Assembly (NCBI GenBank): GCA_041311505.1
Contig: JBFYJI010000003.1
Location: 1,710 to 65,709, forward strand
Source: Candidatus Nanopelagicales bacterium
GTDB taxonomy: Bacteria > Actinomycetota > Actinomycetes > Nanopelagicales > Nanopelagicaceae
DNA: 64,000 nucleotides
Direction: 5' to 3'
Below the pieces are notes generated by a model. The model was given only the letters and a program-made list of their open reading frames with translations. It was not told the DNA's origin and searched no databases. The position numbers and the translations under genes were made by a program. Positions 37,229-49,372 of the stretch are shown here, in pieces (the first letter of the stretch is position 1; each line of letters opens with the position of its first letter).

Positions 37229-39117
37229 TGTGTGACCACCCAGATTCCTAGCAATAGAACGATTGAACCGATAAGGATGAGTGCGGCATAGCTACGAGCA
37301 AAACCGCTCTGAGACTTACGAAGTACAGATCCAGCACCGACTGCAAGTCCGCCAATACCGCGGACCGCGCCATCGATAACCTTCTCATCAACCTTCTCGG
37401 CAGCCTCTGTAATGGCAATACCAGGGCGCATAAAGACTGCCTCGTTAAATGAATCCTGACCGAGATCCTTGCGAACAAGTCGTGTGAGTGCAGAAACATT
37501 TTCGGGAGCAACACCATCGACCTCAGCAAATTGGTACTTCATCAGCGCGATAGCAAGACCAATGACAACAGCGGTGAGAGCCATGGCAGAGACGACGATG
37601 GGAGCAAAGCGCTCAACGTGCTCTCCCCCATGCTCACCGAAGAGCGGATTGAGCCAATTGGCGAGAGCATCTCCACGTGTGAAGAGGAATCCAGATGCGA
37701 CTGAACCGATAGAGAGAACTGCGATTGGAACCCACATCAAAGCTGGTGACTCGTGTGGATGAGCCTCGGCATCCCATCGTGCCTTACTTGTAAAGGTAAG
37801 GATCATGACGCGAGACATATAGAAAGCGGTGATGGCAGCTCCAAGAAGAGTTGCTCCTCCCAAGATCAGACCCTTTACGCCTTCAGCATTAAATGCTGTC
37901 TCGATGATTCCGTCCTTGGAGTAGAAACCAGCAAATGGTGGAACACCGATAATTGCAAGATAACCGAGTGCAAATGTCACGAAGGTGATTGGCATGAACT
38001 TACGAAGGTTTCCAAACTTTCGCATATTTACTTCATCGTTCATACCGTGCATCACAGAGCCAGCACCAAGGAACATACTTGCCTTGAAGAAGCCGTGTGT
38101 GAGCAGGTGCATGATTGCAAAGACGTAACCGATTGGGCCGAGTCCTGCAGCGAGAATCATGTAACCGATCTGAGACATTGTTGAAGCAGCAAGCGCCTTC
38201 TTAATGTCATCTTTGGCTGTACCGATAATCGCACCAAAGAGAAGTGTGATTGCACCAACGATGACCACCACGAGTTGAGCGGTAGGTGCGAGGTCAAAGA
38301 TAAAGTGTGAGCGCACGATGAGGTAGACACCTGCTGTCACCATCGTTGCAGCGTGGATAAGGGCTGAAACCGGAGTTGGGCCTGCCATCGCATCGCCGAG
38401 CCATGCCTGCAATGGGAACTGCGCTGACTTACCAGCCGCAGCAACCACCAACATGATTCCGATGGCTGTAAGAGCCGCTTTTGATGCGTGGTGAGATTGC
38501 TCAGCAACACCTGCAAAAGTGGTTGTTCCTAGAGTCGCAAAGGCGATCATGATTGCAAATGAGAGACCCATATCTCCCACACGGTTCATCACAAATGCCT
38601 TCTTCGATGCTGTCGCATAGGCAGGTTTCTGATTCCAGAATCCAATCAAGAGATATGAGGCAAGGCCCACGCCCTCCCAACCTACGTAGAGGTTGAGGTA
38701 TGAATTTCCGAGAACGAGCAAGAGCATCGCAGAGATAAAGAGGTTGAGGTAAGCAAAGAAGCGGCGACGGTTCTCATCATGCTCCATATAAGAGATGGAG
38801 TAGATATGAATAAGTGTGCCCACACCAGTAATAAGAAGTACGAAGCAGATTGAGAGCTGATCGAGGAGTAGCGCTGCATCGATATTGAAATCTCCGACAG
38901 CGATCCAGGAGAAGAGCTTCTGAGTAACAGCGCGCTCTTCTGTCGAACGGCCGAGCATCGCTGAAAATTGATAGAGGCCTACTCCGAATGAGCTCGCTGA
39001 GAGAGCAGTCGCAAGAAGGTGACCCCACTTATCGGTACGGCGTCCTCCGAGAAGGAGGGTTGCTGCACCAAAGAGTGGCAGGGCAATCAAATAAACGAGT
39101 GAAGATGAAGTGTTCAT
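37225..39117 (-). CDS. nuoL: NADH-quinone oxidoreductase subunit L
   Basis: GKSAQFPL and [21 protein letters not shown] motifs. Confidence 0.96.
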   Translation of the reverse strand: MNTSSSLVYLIALPLFGAATLLLGGRRTDKWGHLLATALSASSFGVGLYQFSAMLGRSTEERAVTQKLFSWIAVGDFNIDAALLLDQLSICFVLLITGVGTLIHIYSISYMEHDENRRRFFAYLNLFISAMLLLVLGNSYLNLYVGWEGVGLASYLLIGFWNQKPAYATASKKAFVMNRVGDMGLSFAIMIAFATLGTTTFAGVAEQSHHASKAALTAIGIMLVVAAAGKSAQFPLQAWLGDAMAGPTPVSALIHAATMVTAGVYLIVRSHFIFDLAPTAQLVVVIVGAITLLFGAIIGTAKDDIKKALAASTMSQIGYMILAAGLGPIGYVFAIMHLLTHGFFKASMFLGAGSVMHGMNDEVNMRKFGNLRKFMPITFVTFALGYLAIIGVPPFAGFYSKDGIIETAFNAEGVKGLILGGATLLGAAITAFYMSRVMILTFTSKARWDAEAHPHESPALMWVPIAVLSIGSVASGFLFTRGDALANWLNPLFGEHGGEHVERFAPIVVSAMALTAVVIGLAIALMKYQFAEVDGVAPENVSALTRLVRKDLGQDSFNEAVFMRPGIAITEAAEKVDEKVIDGAVRGIGGLAVGAGSVLRKSQSGFARSYAALILIGSIVLLLGIWVVTQ

Positions 39118-39119
39118 AT

Positions 39120-39419
39120 TTATCGCTTCAACAAACTAGCATCGTCGATCGATGCTGAACGGCGTGAACGATAAATCGTCACGATGATGGCTAGACCAAC
39201 TACAACTTCACAAGCAGCAACGACCATGGTGAAGAAGGCTGTGACCTGTCCATCCAGAGTTCCGTTGATACGTGAGAAAGTGACGAAGGCAAGGTTTGCC
39301 GCATTGAGCATTAACTCAACACACATAAAGACGACAATCGCATTGCGGCGAACCACAACTCCAATTGCGCCGATTGTGAAGAGTAGCCCTGCTACGTAGA
39401 GGTAGTTATATGGACTCAT
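39120..39419 (-). CDS. nuoK: NADH-quinone oxidoreductase subunit K
   Basis: RRNAI...VELMLNA...[10 protein letters not shown]. Confidence 0.96.
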   Translation of the reverse strand: MSPYNYLYVAGLLFTIGAIGVVVRRNAIVVFMCVELMLNAANLAFVTFSRINGTLDGQVTAFFTMVVAACEVVVGLAIIVTIYRSRRSASIDDASLLKR

Positions 39420-40186
39420 TACTTCTCCTCCGCAACAGTTGTATCGACAACATCGAGCTGGAATTGGCTTGGATCGAGCATGTCGCCGCGAGCCTTCAGA
39501 GTCGCTGAGATAGATGTAGGTGCAGCTGATCCATCTGGAAGAAGGGCTGGAACATCTACCGCGTTATGTCGTGCAAAGACACCAGGGCCGGGAAGGCCAG
39601 CCGCTGTCGAGAGCGAACCAGTACGGAATCGTGCAATTGCACTTTCACGCTGAGTTGGACGCGCAACTGCGCGCTGGTGATGTGCAAGAACCATCGCACC
39701 GAGAGCAGCAGTAATCAAGAGCGCTGATACAACCTCAAATGGCCATACATATATAGAGAAGAGAAGTTGTGCCAGTGACTGCACATTGCCAGCTGAGTTG
39801 GCTTGCTCTAGCCCTACTGGACTGTGGCCGAGAACTCCGCGGCCAATCAATGAAGTGAGGAGTCCGCCAAAGCCAACTGCAGCTGTAATTGCAATTGGTC
39901 GAAGCCCTGGAATAGTCTCTTTAAGAGAATCTGAAGAATCAACACCGACGAGCATCAGAATAAAGAGGAAGAGCATCATTACTGCACCGGTGTAGACAAC
40001 GATCTGCACGATTCCGAGGAAGAGTGCATCTTGTGCGATGTAGAAGATTGCCAATGTGATCATGACCCATGCGAGAAGAAGTGCAGAGTGAACTGCCTTC
40101 TTGACGAGCAACATTCCAAGAGCTGCAAAAACCGCAACCGGTGCAAGCGCCCAGAACATCACAGTCTCTGGTTGATTAATAACCAT
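39419..40186 (-). CDS. nuoJ: NADH-quinone oxidoreductase subunit J
   Basis: [15 protein letters not shown] and PFEVVS motifs. Confidence 0.95.
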   Translation of the reverse strand: MVINQPETVMFWALAPVAVFAALGMLLVKKAVHSALLLAWVMITLAIFYIAQDALFLGIVQIVVYTGAVMMLFLFILMLVGVDSSDSLKETIPGLRPIAITAAVGFGGLLTSLIGRGVLGHSPVGLEQANSAGNVQSLAQLLFSIYVWPFEVVSALLITAALGAMVLAHHQRAVARPTQRESAIARFRTGSLSTAAGLPGPGVFARHNAVDVPALLPDGSAAPTSISATLKARGDMLDPSQFQLDVVDTTVAEEK

Positions 40187-40830
40187 TACTTAGCCTCCTC
40201 TGATGAAGAGCCACCAACAATTGGACCTTGTGAAGGATCAGCAGATTTCACTTCGCCTCTGTAATAGTTGTTCTCATCCATACCTGGATACATTGGGTGT
40301 GGTGGCATCACCATTCCTGCACGTAGTGGTGCGAGAAGATCTTGCTTCTCATAAATCAACTTCTCACGGCTCTCATCTGCAAGCTCATATTCATTTGTCA
40401 TTGTGAGTGCTCGTGTAGGGCATGCCTCAACGCAGAGACCGCAGAAAATGCAACGGAGGTAATTAATCTGATAAACCGCTCCGTGGCGCTCACCTGGAGA
40501 AACTTGATTGCCTGGAGTGTTATTGCCACCTTCGACATAAATTGCATCTGCAGGACATGCCCATGCGCAGAGCTCGCAACCGATGCACTTCTCTAGACCA
40601 TCTGGGTGGCGATTGAGTTGGTGGCGACCGTGGAAACGTGGCTCAGTTGGCGCCTTCACATCTGGATATTGAACGCTGAGGTTCTTCTTAAACATTGTCT
40701 TGAAGGTGACCCAGAAACCCAGTGACTGCTTTCCAAGAGAAGCTGGACCTGGCTGCTCGACCTCAACGAAAGCAACTTCGTTGATATCTCTCGCGGCGCC
40801 TGACTTCTTCGGCTCTAATGAATTACTCAT
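40186..40830 (-). CDS. nuoI: NADH-quinone oxidoreductase subunit I
   Basis: Two CxxCxxCxxxCP motifs; start placed at MSNSLEP after a GGAG SD. Confidence 0.95.
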   Translation of the reverse strand: MSNSLEPKKSGAARDINEVAFVEVEQPGPASLGKQSLGFWVTFKTMFKKNLSVQYPDVKAPTEPRFHGRHQLNRHPDGLEKCIGCELCAWACPADAIYVEGGNNTPGNQVSPGERHGAVYQINYLRCIFCGLCVEACPTRALTMTNEYELADESREKLIYEKQDLLAPLRAGMVMPPHPMYPGMDENNYYRGEVKSADPSQGPIVGGSSSEEAK

Positions 40831-42067
40831 TACGGTCTCCTGCTGACTGTGTTGATACGTTCTGGAAAGCAACGCCTGGCAATTGTGGGAGTGGGAAATC
40901 TGGCGCCTCTCCCGCTGGAAGTGGCTTGCGAGCCTCCTTCTTACTCTTCTCAAAGAGTGAAGAGATAGCCATCACGATGACAACGATTCCGAGTGCAAAT
41001 GCGAGAGCAACTGTGCGTGATGCTCCGTTCTGCTGAATAACTCGGAGTGATGCAACAATCATGATCCAGATAAGTGAAACTGGAATCAAAACCTTCCAAC
41101 CAAACTTCATAAATTGGTCGTAGCGAAGACGTGGAAGTGATGCGCGTAACCACATAAAGATAAAGAAGAAGAAATTCACCTTGAGGAAGAACCAGATCAT
41201 CACAAACCATCCACCGAGCCAGCTCTCAGTAAATCCAAGACCTGGAAGCGCGTGATATCCACCGAGGAAGAGAGTTGATGCAAGTGCTGACACTGCGATG
41301 ATGTTGACGTACTCAGCTAAGAAGAAGAGTGCGAATTTGAGTGATGAGTATTCGGTGTGGAAACCACCAACGAGCTCACCTTCAGCTTCTGCGAGGTCAA
41401 ATGGAGCACGGTTGGTCTCACCGACCATTGAGATTACATAGATAACAAATGATGGGAAGAGCACTACTGCATTCCAGATGTGCTCATGCTGTGATCCGAC
41501 GATATCTGACGTCGACATCGAACCGGCATAGATAAAGACTGCAACGAGTGAGAGACCCATTGCTACTTCATATGAAATTACCTGTGCACTGGAACGGAGT
41601 CCGCCGAGCAATGGGTATGTAGATCCTGAAGACCACCCTGCAAGAACAACGCCATATACACCGATTGATGTAACCGCCAAGATGTAGAGCACGCCGACTG
41701 GAAGGTCGGTGAGCTGCATAGCTGTCTTATGACCGAAGAGTGTGACTACTCCTGTCATTGGAATGACAGCGAAAGACATAAAGCACATTGCAGCGGCAAT
41801 GATTGGTGCGATGATGAAGACGATCTTGTCTGCTGCTGCAGGGATGATGTCCTCTTTCAGAGCGAGCTTGACTCCGTCAGAGAGTGATTGGAGAAGACCA
41901 AAAGGTCCAACACGGTTAGGACCGGTGCGCTGCTGCATCTTTGCAAGGACGCGTCGCTCTGTCCAGACTGCCATCAAAGTTGCTACTACGCAGATGACAA
42001 AGACAAGAAGCGCCTTTACCGCGATAAGCCATCCTGGATCTTGGCCGAGGAGTTCTGAGGTTGTCAT
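40823..42067 (-). CDS. nuoH: NADH-quinone oxidoreductase subunit H
   Basis: [20 protein letters not shown] and PRLRYDQ motifs. Confidence 0.96.
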   Translation of the reverse strand: MTTSELLGQDPGWLIAVKALLVFVICVVATLMAVWTERRVLAKMQQRTGPNRVGPFGLLQSLSDGVKLALKEDIIPAAADKIVFIIAPIIAAAMCFMSFAVIPMTGVVTLFGHKTAMQLTDLPVGVLYILAVTSIGVYGVVLAGWSSGSTYPLLGGLRSSAQVISYEVAMGLSLVAVFIYAGSMSTSDIVGSQHEHIWNAVVLFPSFVIYVISMVGETNRAPFDLAEAEGELVGGFHTEYSSLKFALFFLAEYVNIIAVSALASTLFLGGYHALPGLGFTESWLGGWFVMIWFFLKVNFFFFIFMWLRASLPRLRYDQFMKFGWKVLIPVSLIWIMIVASLRVIQQNGASRTVALAFALGIVVIVMAISSLFEKSKKEARKPLPAGEAPDFPLPQLPGVAFQNVSTQSAGDRNE

Positions 42068-44424
42068 GCCTTCACCACCGTTACTAGTTCGCCATGTACT
42101 GCATTGAGAGCAGTGAGGGCCTGTGATCCAAATGAATTACGCGGAATCCAGACTGCATCATCGTGAATATCTTCGACGAGAACTGGAAGAGTGATTGAAC
42201 CGATCTCGTTAGAGATACGTACCTGATCGCCGGTTGAAACTCCGACTGATGTTGCACGTGATGGAGAGATAACAGCAACAGTCTGGCGTCGAGTGCCAGC
42301 CAAGTTATCTTCACCGCGCTGCATAACACCCATATCGAGCAATCGACGCCATGATGTCAGCACTGCCTGTGATCCAGATGCAGCTGGCGCTGAACCTGCA
42401 GCTACCGGCGTGAATGGAACACGAGCTCCATCCCACTTGCCAAGTTCTGCAATTTCACGTGCTGCTGCTGAGACAGTACCGAGTGAGATTGAAGACCCCA
42501 TCGCATCTGCCAGAGCAGAGAGGATGCGTAGATCGCTGCGGTTGAGAGAGTCAGCAACTGCAGCATCAAATGCACGTGCGCGGCCTTCCCAGTTAAGGAA
42601 TGAACCTGACTTCTCTGTTACTGCAGCAACTGGAAGAACTACATCTGCAATTGAGGTAATTGAAGATTCTGCGATTTCAAGTGAAACAACAAATGCGCTC
42701 TTCATAACGTCAAGAACCTTGCGGCTATTGCGAAGATCGTAAGCATCTACTCCACCGACAACTACTGCGTCGAGTTCATCGTTGCCAAGAGCTTCGATGA
42801 TCTGATGTGTTGAGCGACCTGGTGTTGAAGGAAGTGAATCAACACCCCATGCAGCGGCGATATCGACGCGAGCTGCTGAATCTGCAACTGGGCGACCACC
42901 TGGAAGAAGTGTTGGTAGTGCGCCAGCCTCAAGTGCGCCTCGTTCGCCTGCGCGACGTGGGATCCATGCAAGCTTTGCACCGCTCTTCTCTGCAAGTGCA
43001 ACCGCTGCTGAGATAAGTCCCAGTGATTCTGATGCGCGCTCTCCGAGGAGGATTACTGACTTTGCAGTCAGTGATACACCTGCAACTGCAGCAGCCTCAT
43101 CTCCTGGAGCAACCTTGATGAAATCAGCCTTGAGCTTATCCATCGCGATTGATCCCTTTGTAGCTACAGAGGTGACCTTGAGGCCGCGCTTCTTAAAGTT
43201 CTTGTTGAGACGCAAGAAGACAATTGGTGACTCTTCTTCTGGCTCGAATGCCACGAGAAGAACGTGATCTGCAGCATCGATATCGCTGTAATGGACATCG
43301 AACTTACCTGCAACCTTTGCAGCGAGGAACTCGCCCTCCTCTGCAGATGAAACACGTGCACGGAAATCGATATCGTTTGTACCGAGTGCGATACGTGCAA
43401 ACTTTGAATAACCATAGGCATCTTCTGCAGTGACGCGACCACCTGTGAGAACAGCTGCACGCTTTCCCTTAAGTCCTGCTGCAGCTGCAGCAAGAGCCTC
43501 TGGCCATGAAGCTTCTACCAGAACGCCCTCTGCATTACGAACCAATGGCTGTGAAAGACGGTTTGTGGAAGTGACATATTTAAACGCCCAACGACCCTTA
43601 TCGCAGTTCCACTCTTCGTTAACAGCTGCATCATCTCCTGCGAGGCGACGTAGTGTCTTTCCACGGCGAACATCGGTACGCATATCGCAACCAGATGCAC
43701 AGTGCTCACACGCAGATGGTGTTGAGACCAAATCGAATGGACGTGCACGGAAGCGGTATGAAGCGCCGGTGAGTGCACCTACAGGACAGATCTGAACTGT
43801 GTTGCCTGAGAAGTAAGAGTTAAATGGATCATTCTCATAGATACCAACCTGCTGCAGAGCACCGCGGTGGTTGAGAGTGATAAATGGATCAGATGCAATC
43901 TGGTTGGAGAAACGTGTACAACGTGCACAGAGAACGCAACGCTCACGATCGAGCAATACCTGTGAAGAGATATTGATTGGCTTCTCAAATGTGCGCTTGT
44001 AGCCAGTTAGACGAGACTCTGCATTTCCATTGCTCATCGCTTGGTTCTGTAAAGGACACTCGCCACCCTTATCGCAGACCGGACAGTCGAGTGGGTGGTT
44101 TCCGAGGAGGAGCTCCATCACTCCCTTCTGCGCCTTATCTGCAACAGGTGATGTGAGCTGAGTCTTTACGATCATATTTGGCTCTACAGGAATCGTGCAT
44201 GATGCCTGTGGCTTTGGAAATGCGCGACCGTTAATCTCGACATCGACGAGACACTGACGGCAAGCACCTACTGGATCGAGAAGTGGGTGATCGCAGAAAC
44301 GTGGAATCTGAATTCCGAGCTTCTCTGCAGCGCGAATAACGAGTGTGCCCTTAGGAACTGTTACTTCAAAACCATCGATAACAACGGTGATCATCTCAAC
44401 TTGGGTAACTTCCTGCGTTGTCAT
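42064..44424 (-). CDS. nuoG: NADH-quinone oxidoreductase subunit G
   Basis: IPRFC, GACRQC, HPLDCPVCDKGGEC and CVLCARC motifs. Confidence 0.96.
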   Translation of the reverse strand: MTTQEVTQVEMITVVIDGFEVTVPKGTLVIRAAEKLGIQIPRFCDHPLLDPVGACRQCLVDVEINGRAFPKPQASCTIPVEPNMIVKTQLTSPVADKAQKGVMELLLGNHPLDCPVCDKGGECPLQNQAMSNGNAESRLTGYKRTFEKPINISSQVLLDRERCVLCARCTRFSNQIASDPFITLNHRGALQQVGIYENDPFNSYFSGNTVQICPVGALTGASYRFRARPFDLVSTPSACEHCASGCDMRTDVRRGKTLRRLAGDDAAVNEEWNCDKGRWAFKYVTSTNRLSQPLVRNAEGVLVEASWPEALAAAAAGLKGKRAAVLTGGRVTAEDAYGYSKFARIALGTNDIDFRARVSSAEEGEFLAAKVAGKFDVHYSDIDAADHVLLVAFEPEEESPIVFLRLNKNFKKRGLKVTSVATKGSIAMDKLKADFIKVAPGDEAAAVAGVSLTAKSVILLGERASESLGLISAAVALAEKSGAKLAWIPRRAGERGALEAGALPTLLPGGRPVADSAARVDIAAAWGVDSLPSTPGRSTHQIIEALGNDELDAVVVGGVDAYDLRNSRKVLDVMKSAFVVSLEIAESSITSIADVVLPVAAVTEKSGSFLNWEGRARAFDAAVADSLNRSDLRILSALADAMGSSISLGTVSAAAREIAELGKWDGARVPFTPVAAGSAPAASGSQAVLTSWRRLLDMGVMQRGEDNLAGTRRQTVAVISPSRATSVGVSTGDQVRISNEIGSITLPVLVEDIHDDAVWIPRNSFGSQALTALNAVHGELVTVVKA

Positions 44425-45723
44425 TTATTTAGCCTCCGCAAAGAGAGTTGATTTTGCTGGATCGAATGGGCATCCGCCACCCGTTACGTGTGCGATGTAC
44501 TCATCACGGAATAACTTGATGGACGATGTAATAGATGAAGTTGCGCCATCACCGAGAGCACAGAATGAACGGCCCAAGATGTTGTCGCAGAGATCGAGAA
44601 GCTTCTGAAGATCTGCCTCTGTTCCCTTTCCTGCTTCGAGATCACGGAGAATCTGCACCAACCACCATGTACCTTCACGGCACGGTGTGCACTTTCCACA
44701 TGATTCGTGCTTGTAGAACTCTGTCCAACGCAAGACTGCGCGAACGACGCATGTTGTCTCATCAAAGATTTGGAGAGCCTTTGTGCCAAGCATTGAGCCG
44801 GCAGCTGAAACACCTTCATAATCAAGTGGAACATCGAGGTGCTCTGCAGTAAAGAGCGGAGTTGATGAACCACCTGGTGTCCAGAACTTGAGCTGATGAC
44901 CATTGCGAACGCCACCTGCGAGTTCGAGAATTTCACGAAGAGTGATTCCAAGAGGAGCTTCAAATTGTCCTGGGTTGTTTACGTGGCCGGAGAGTGAGTA
45001 CAGAGTTGCACCCTTTGACTTCTCTGTACCCATTGATTGATACCACTCAGGGCCATTGTTCACGATGGCAGGAACTGCTGAGATTGACTCAACATTGTTG
45101 ACGACAGTTGGACGTGCGTAGAGACCAGCGATCGCTGGGAATGGTGGGCGAAGACGTGGTTGTCCGCGGAAACCTTCGAGTGAATCGAGGAGCGCTGTCT
45201 CTTCACCACAGATATAAGCACCTGCACCAATATGAAGAACGAGATCAATATCGTGGCCTGTACCAAAGACGTTCTTGCCGAGATAACCAGCTTTATATGC
45301 ATCCGCAATAGCCTTATTCAAACGACGAGCAACATGTGTTACTTCACCGCGGATATAGATAAATGCATTCTTTGCACGGATTGCATATGCAGCGATGATG
45401 ACGCCTTCAACGAGTACATGTGGGTTTGCCATCAATAGCGGCATATCTTTACAAGTGCCCGGCTCTGATTCATCTGCGTTGACAACGAGGTAGTGCTCTT
45501 TGTTATCGCCTTGAGGAATAAAGCCCCACTTCATTCCAGTTGGGAAGCCTGCGCCACCACGACCGCGAAGTCCTGAATCCTTAACAAGCTGAATCACTGC
45601 ATCTGGATCCATGGCAAGCGCTTTAGGAGCTGCTGCATATCCACCATTGCGCTTATATGCATCAATGGTGAATGAGTCCTTCTCATCCCAATGCGCTGAG
45701 AGAACGGGGGTGAGCTTTGACAT
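44425..45723 (-). CDS. nuoF: NADH-quinone oxidoreductase subunit F
   Basis: GRGGAGF, GAYICGEETAL and ESCGKCTPCREG motifs. Confidence 0.97.
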   Translation of the reverse strand: MSKLTPVLSAHWDEKDSFTIDAYKRNGGYAAAPKALAMDPDAVIQLVKDSGLRGRGGAGFPTGMKWGFIPQGDNKEHYLVVNADESEPGTCKDMPLLMANPHVLVEGVIIAAYAIRAKNAFIYIRGEVTHVARRLNKAIADAYKAGYLGKNVFGTGHDIDLVLHIGAGAYICGEETALLDSLEGFRGQPRLRPPFPAIAGLYARPTVVNNVESISAVPAIVNNGPEWYQSMGTEKSKGATLYSLSGHVNNPGQFEAPLGITLREILELAGGVRNGHQLKFWTPGGSSTPLFTAEHLDVPLDYEGVSAAGSMLGTKALQIFDETTCVVRAVLRWTEFYKHESCGKCTPCREGTWWLVQILRDLEAGKGTEADLQKLLDLCDNILGRSFCALGDGATSSITSSIKLFRDEYIAHVTGGGCPFDPAKSTLFAEAK

Positions 45724-46355
45724 TACTTACCCTCCTTCGCGAGCTTGAGACCGAGAAGTGAAGGAGCACCTGCTTGAACGCCTTCTTCTGCAAGTCCATC
45801 ATCAAGTCCTGCAAGTACCGCAGATGCTTCCTTAAATGTGACGAGACGATTTGGTCCACGGGTCGGTGCAGGTGGATTTCCTGCTCGAGCACCATCGACG
45901 AGAGCCTTTGCTGACTCAACAGTCTGGTTGTCGTAAAACTCCCAGTTAGCCATCACTACAGGTGCGTAATCGCATGCTGCGTTGCACTCAATATGCTCGA
46001 TAGAAACTTTGCCATCTGCAGTAACGCCATCATTTTCAAGACCGAGATGATCTTTAAGCGCCTCGAGAATTGCATCTCCACCCATGATTGCGCAGAGAGT
46101 ATTGGTGCAGACACCGATGTGATACTCGCCCGTTGGTTTGCGCTTGTACTGGGTATAGAAAGTTGCAACAGCAGAGACTTCTGCAGTCTCAATCTCAAGA
46201 ATTGCAGAGATCGCTTCGATTCCTTCATTGGTAACAAAACCTGAAACAGATTGGACGTAGTGAAGAAGTGGCATGATCGCTGAACGCTTACGTGGGTAGC
46301 GAGCAACGATTGATTGCATGACTTCCTGATTCAGTGCTGAATTAGTAGTTGTCAT
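45723..46355 (-). CDS. nuoE: NADH-quinone oxidoreductase subunit E
   Basis: VATFY, CTNTLC and ECNAACDYAP motifs. Confidence 0.95.
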   Translation of the reverse strand: MTTTNSALNQEVMQSIVARYPRKRSAIMPLLHYVQSVSGFVTNEGIEAISAILEIETAEVSAVATFYTQYKRKPTGEYHIGVCTNTLCAIMGGDAILEALKDHLGLENDGVTADGKVSIEHIECNAACDYAPVVMANWEFYDNQTVESAKALVDGARAGNPPAPTRGPNRLVTFKEASAVLAGLDDGLAEEGVQAGAPSLLGLKLAKEGK

Positions 46356-47692
46356 TATCGGTCGACGCCTCCCATAACAGGATCGATAGATGCAACAGCA
46401 CCGATGATGTCGGCAACCATTCCACCTTCGCTCATTGCAGCTGTAGATTGAAGATTGTTAAATGATGGTTCGCGGAAGTGAACGCGATAAGGCTTTGTGC
46501 CTCCATCGGAGACAATGTGCGCTGCGAGCTCTCCACGTGGAGATTCGACAGCGGCATATGCCTGACCTGCTGGGACTCGGAAACCTTCTGTCACAAGCTT
46601 GAAGTGGTGGATCAAAGACTCCATAGATGAGCCCATGATTTCGCGGATGTGATCGAGTGAATTACCAAGTCCATCTGCACCAAGTGCAAGCTGTGCTGGC
46701 CATGCAATCTTCTTATCAGCAACCATTACTGGCTGGCCCTCAGTTGCATCGAGCTTCTCGATCGCTTGTTCGATGATGCGCAGTGACTGCTCAAGCTCTG
46801 CCATACGAACCAAGAAACGACCGTAGACATCTGATGTATCTGCAGTGATGACATCGAACTCATAGTTCTCATATCCGCAGTAAGGCTGCATCTTGCGAAG
46901 ATCCCAAGGCAAACCTGTTGAACGTAGGACAGGGCCAGTGATGCTCAATGCAGTACAACCTGCAAGATCAAGGTAACCGATTCCTTCGGTGCGCTTCATC
47001 CAAATTGTGTTTCCAACAAGAAGCTTCTCATTATCTTTAAAGTTCTTGCGGAGTTCCTTTACCAAGTCGCGAAGACGTGTAGTCATGCCCGCTGGAAGAT
47101 CTTGCTGGACTCCACCTGGACGTACATAAGCCATATTCATGCGAAGACCTGTAATCGCTTCGAATGTATCGAGAACTGCTTCGCGCTCACGGAATGCAAA
47201 GAACATTGGTCCCATTGCTCCAAGTTCAAGAGCACCCGTACCAAGTGCAACCATGTGAGATGAGATGCGGTTGAGCTCCATCATCAATACACGGATGATT
47301 GATGCACGCTCTGGAATATCGTTTGTGATTCCGAGCAACTTCTCAATTGCAAGGCAGTATGCAGTCTCATTAAATATTGGCGCGAGGTAATCCATACGTG
47401 TGGCAAATGTTGTGCCCTGAGTCCAAGAACGGAACTCCATATTCTTTTCAATACCTGTGTGGAGATATCCAATTCCTGGGCGAACCTCAGTAACGGTCTC
47501 ACCTTCAAGCTCAAGAACAAGGCGTAGAACACCGTGTGTAGATGGGTGCTGTGGGCCCATATTGACGATGATGCGCTCTTCTTTTGCCTCACCGATCTCA
47601 GAGACCAATGAATCCCAATCGCCACCGGTTACTGAGTAGACAGTTCCTTCAGTGGTTTCTCGAGTAGTTGCATATGGATCAAATGTGCTCAC
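46355..47692 (-). CDS. nuoD: NADH-quinone oxidoreductase subunit D
   Basis: [14 protein letters not shown]; C-terminal GGVDR. Confidence 0.97.
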   Translation of the reverse strand: MSTFDPYATTRETTEGTVYSVTGGDWDSLVSEIGEAKEERIIVNMGPQHPSTHGVLRLVLELEGETVTEVRPGIGYLHTGIEKNMEFRSWTQGTTFATRMDYLAPIFNETAYCLAIEKLLGITNDIPERASIIRVLMMELNRISSHMVALGTGALELGAMGPMFFAFREREAVLDTFEAITGLRMNMAYVRPGGVQQDLPAGMTTRLRDLVKELRKNFKDNEKLLVGNTIWMKRTEGIGYLDLAGCTALSITGPVLRSTGLPWDLRKMQPYCGYENYEFDVITADTSDVYGRFLVRMAELEQSLRIIEQAIEKLDATEGQPVMVADKKIAWPAQLALGADGLGNSLDHIREIMGSSMESLIHHFKLVTEGFRVPAGQAYAAVESPRGELAAHIVSDGGTKPYRVHFREPSFNNLQSTAAMSEGGMVADIIGAVASIDPVMGGVDR

Positions 47693-48321
47693 TTGTATGA
47701 CCTCCGGTTCTGTGGAGCCGGTGTTGTCGCACCCTTATATTCCACTGCAATACCACCGAGTGGATAATCCTTACGTTGTGGATGTCCCTCCCAGTCGTCT
47801 GGCATCAAGATGCGAGTAAGTCCTGGGTGGCCATCGAAGATGATTCCAAACATGTCGTATGTCTCGCGCTCGTGCCAATTGTTTCCGCCATAAACCTCAA
47901 CGAGTGATGGGATATGAGGATCAGATTCAGATGTGCAGACTTCAAGTCGCACGCGCTGATTCTTTGTCATAGAGAGCAATGGATATACAGCAACGAGTTC
48001 ACAGCCTGTGCGATCTGGATAGTGAACACCGGATACACCCATGCACATTTCAAAGAGCAATGTGTCGCGAAGCGTACGAGCAACTTCTACAAGGCGCTCC
48101 TTCTTCACATGCATTGTGAGTTCGCCGCGATCAACAACTACCTTTGTAATTGCATCTGCAAAATCTGGATATGCGCGCTCGAGATCATCTGCAAGCTGGT
48201 CAAAGTAACCACCATATGGGCGCTCTGTTGAACCTGGATTTGCTACTGTGCGAACGAGACCACCATAACCTGATGTATCGCCAGTGCCCTTAACTCCAAA
48301 CATTCCATCTTGCTGAGACAT
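47689..48321 (-). CDS. nuoC: NADH-quinone oxidoreductase subunit C
   Basis: [10 protein letters not shown] and [10 protein letters not shown] motifs. Confidence 0.96.
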   Translation of the reverse strand: MSQQDGMFGVKGTGDTSGYGGLVRTVANPGSTERPYGGYFDQLADDLERAYPDFADAITKVVVDRGELTMHVKKERLVEVARTLRDTLLFEMCMGVSGVHYPDRTGCELVAVYPLLSMTKNQRVRLEVCTSESDPHIPSLVEVYGGNNWHERETYDMFGIIFDGHPGLTRILMPDDWEGHPQRKDYPLGGIAVEYKGATTPAPQNRRSYK

Positions 48322-48893
48322 TATGCGAACATCCCTTCATGTGGGAGGTTGCCGAGCTGGATAGTTGGCTTAGCCTTCAAAGCAGCCTCTTCTACTGCTT
48401 TTATGACAGCTTCGCGGTTTGCTCCGAGCTTGGTATCTGAGATCTGTTCGTGCAATTTAATAATTGCATCCATCAACTGCTCTGGACGTGGAGGACAGCC
48501 TGGTAGATAGATATCGACAGGAACGATGTGATCGACACCTTGCACGATTGCGTAGTTGTTAAACATTCCACCTGAAGATGCACATGCACCCATTGAGATA
48601 ACCCACTTTGGTGCTGTCATTTGATCGTAAATCTGACGAAGAACTGGCGCCATCTTCTGAGAGACGCGACCTGCAACGATCATGAGATCTGCCTGACGAG
48701 GAGATGCGCTAAAGCGCTCCATTCCAAAACGAGAGATATCGTGCTTGGGTGATGAACCAAGTGCCATCATCTCGATCGCGCAGCATGCAAGTCCGAATGT
48801 CGCTGGCCATACAGAGCTCTTGCGCATGTAGCCGGCGAGACCTTCTACAGTTGAGAGAAGTACGCCGCTTGGTAACTTATCTTCTAGGCCCAT
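48321..48893 (-). CDS. nuoB: NADH-quinone oxidoreductase subunit B
   Basis: GLACCAIEM and PGCPPRP motifs. Confidence 0.97.
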   Translation of the reverse strand: MGLEDKLPSGVLLSTVEGLAGYMRKSSVWPATFGLACCAIEMMALGSSPKHDISRFGMERFSASPRQADLMIVAGRVSQKMAPVLRQIYDQMTAPKWVISMGACASSGGMFNNYAIVQGVDHIVPVDIYLPGCPPRPEQLMDAIIKLHEQISDTKLGANREAVIKAVEEAALKAKPTIQLGNLPHEGMFA

Positions 48894-48899
48894 GGTGTA

Positions 48900-49265
48900 T
48901 TAATCCCATTCCAATCCGCCACGTCGCCAAACGTATGCATATGCAACGAATACCGTTGCGATGAAGATTCCCATTTCAACAAGACCAAATAATCCGAGCG
49001 CATCAAATGTCACAGCCCATGGATAGAGGAAGACGATTTCAATATCGAAGACGATAAAGAGCATCGCAGTGAGGAAGTACTTCACTGGGAAACGTCCGCC
49101 TTCAAGTGCCTGCGGTGATGGTTCGATTCCGCACTCATATGCCTCTTGCTTTGCTCGGTTGTAGCGAGCTGGGCCGGTGATTGCTGCGATGCCGACGGAG
49201 AAGGCGGCGAAGCCAAATCCAATCGCAAAGAGGATGATGATGGGCAGATATGGATTAGCGGTCAC
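48900..49265 (-). CDS. nuoA: NADH-quinone oxidoreductase subunit A
   Basis: YECG and FIVFDIEIVFLYPW motifs; GTG start. Confidence 0.96.
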   Translation of the reverse strand: MTANPYLPIIILFAIGFGFAAFSVGIAAITGPARYNRAKQEAYECGIEPSPQALEGGRFPVKYFLTAMLFIVFDIEIVFLYPWAVTFDALGLFGLVEMGIFIATVFVAYAYVWRRGGLEWD

Positions 49266-49305
49266 GAAAGGTAAGTCTAGGCGGTACTTTCGGTACTAGT
49301 TAGCC

Positions 49306-49372
49306 CTATGGCTTAACAGCCATGTGAACTGCGTCAAGCCTTACGGCTTGACCGCCATGTGAACTGCGACAA
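49306..49372. repeat. Imperfect tandem duplication of the menG 3' end (35-bp period)
   Basis: 49306-49337 versus 49341-49372, 27 of 32 positions identical. Confidence 0.85.

Noticed and set aside
49322-49338. TGTGAAC as a Rex operator upstream of nuoA
   Set aside because: Only a half-site with no TTCACA arm, and it is explained by the menG 3' duplication
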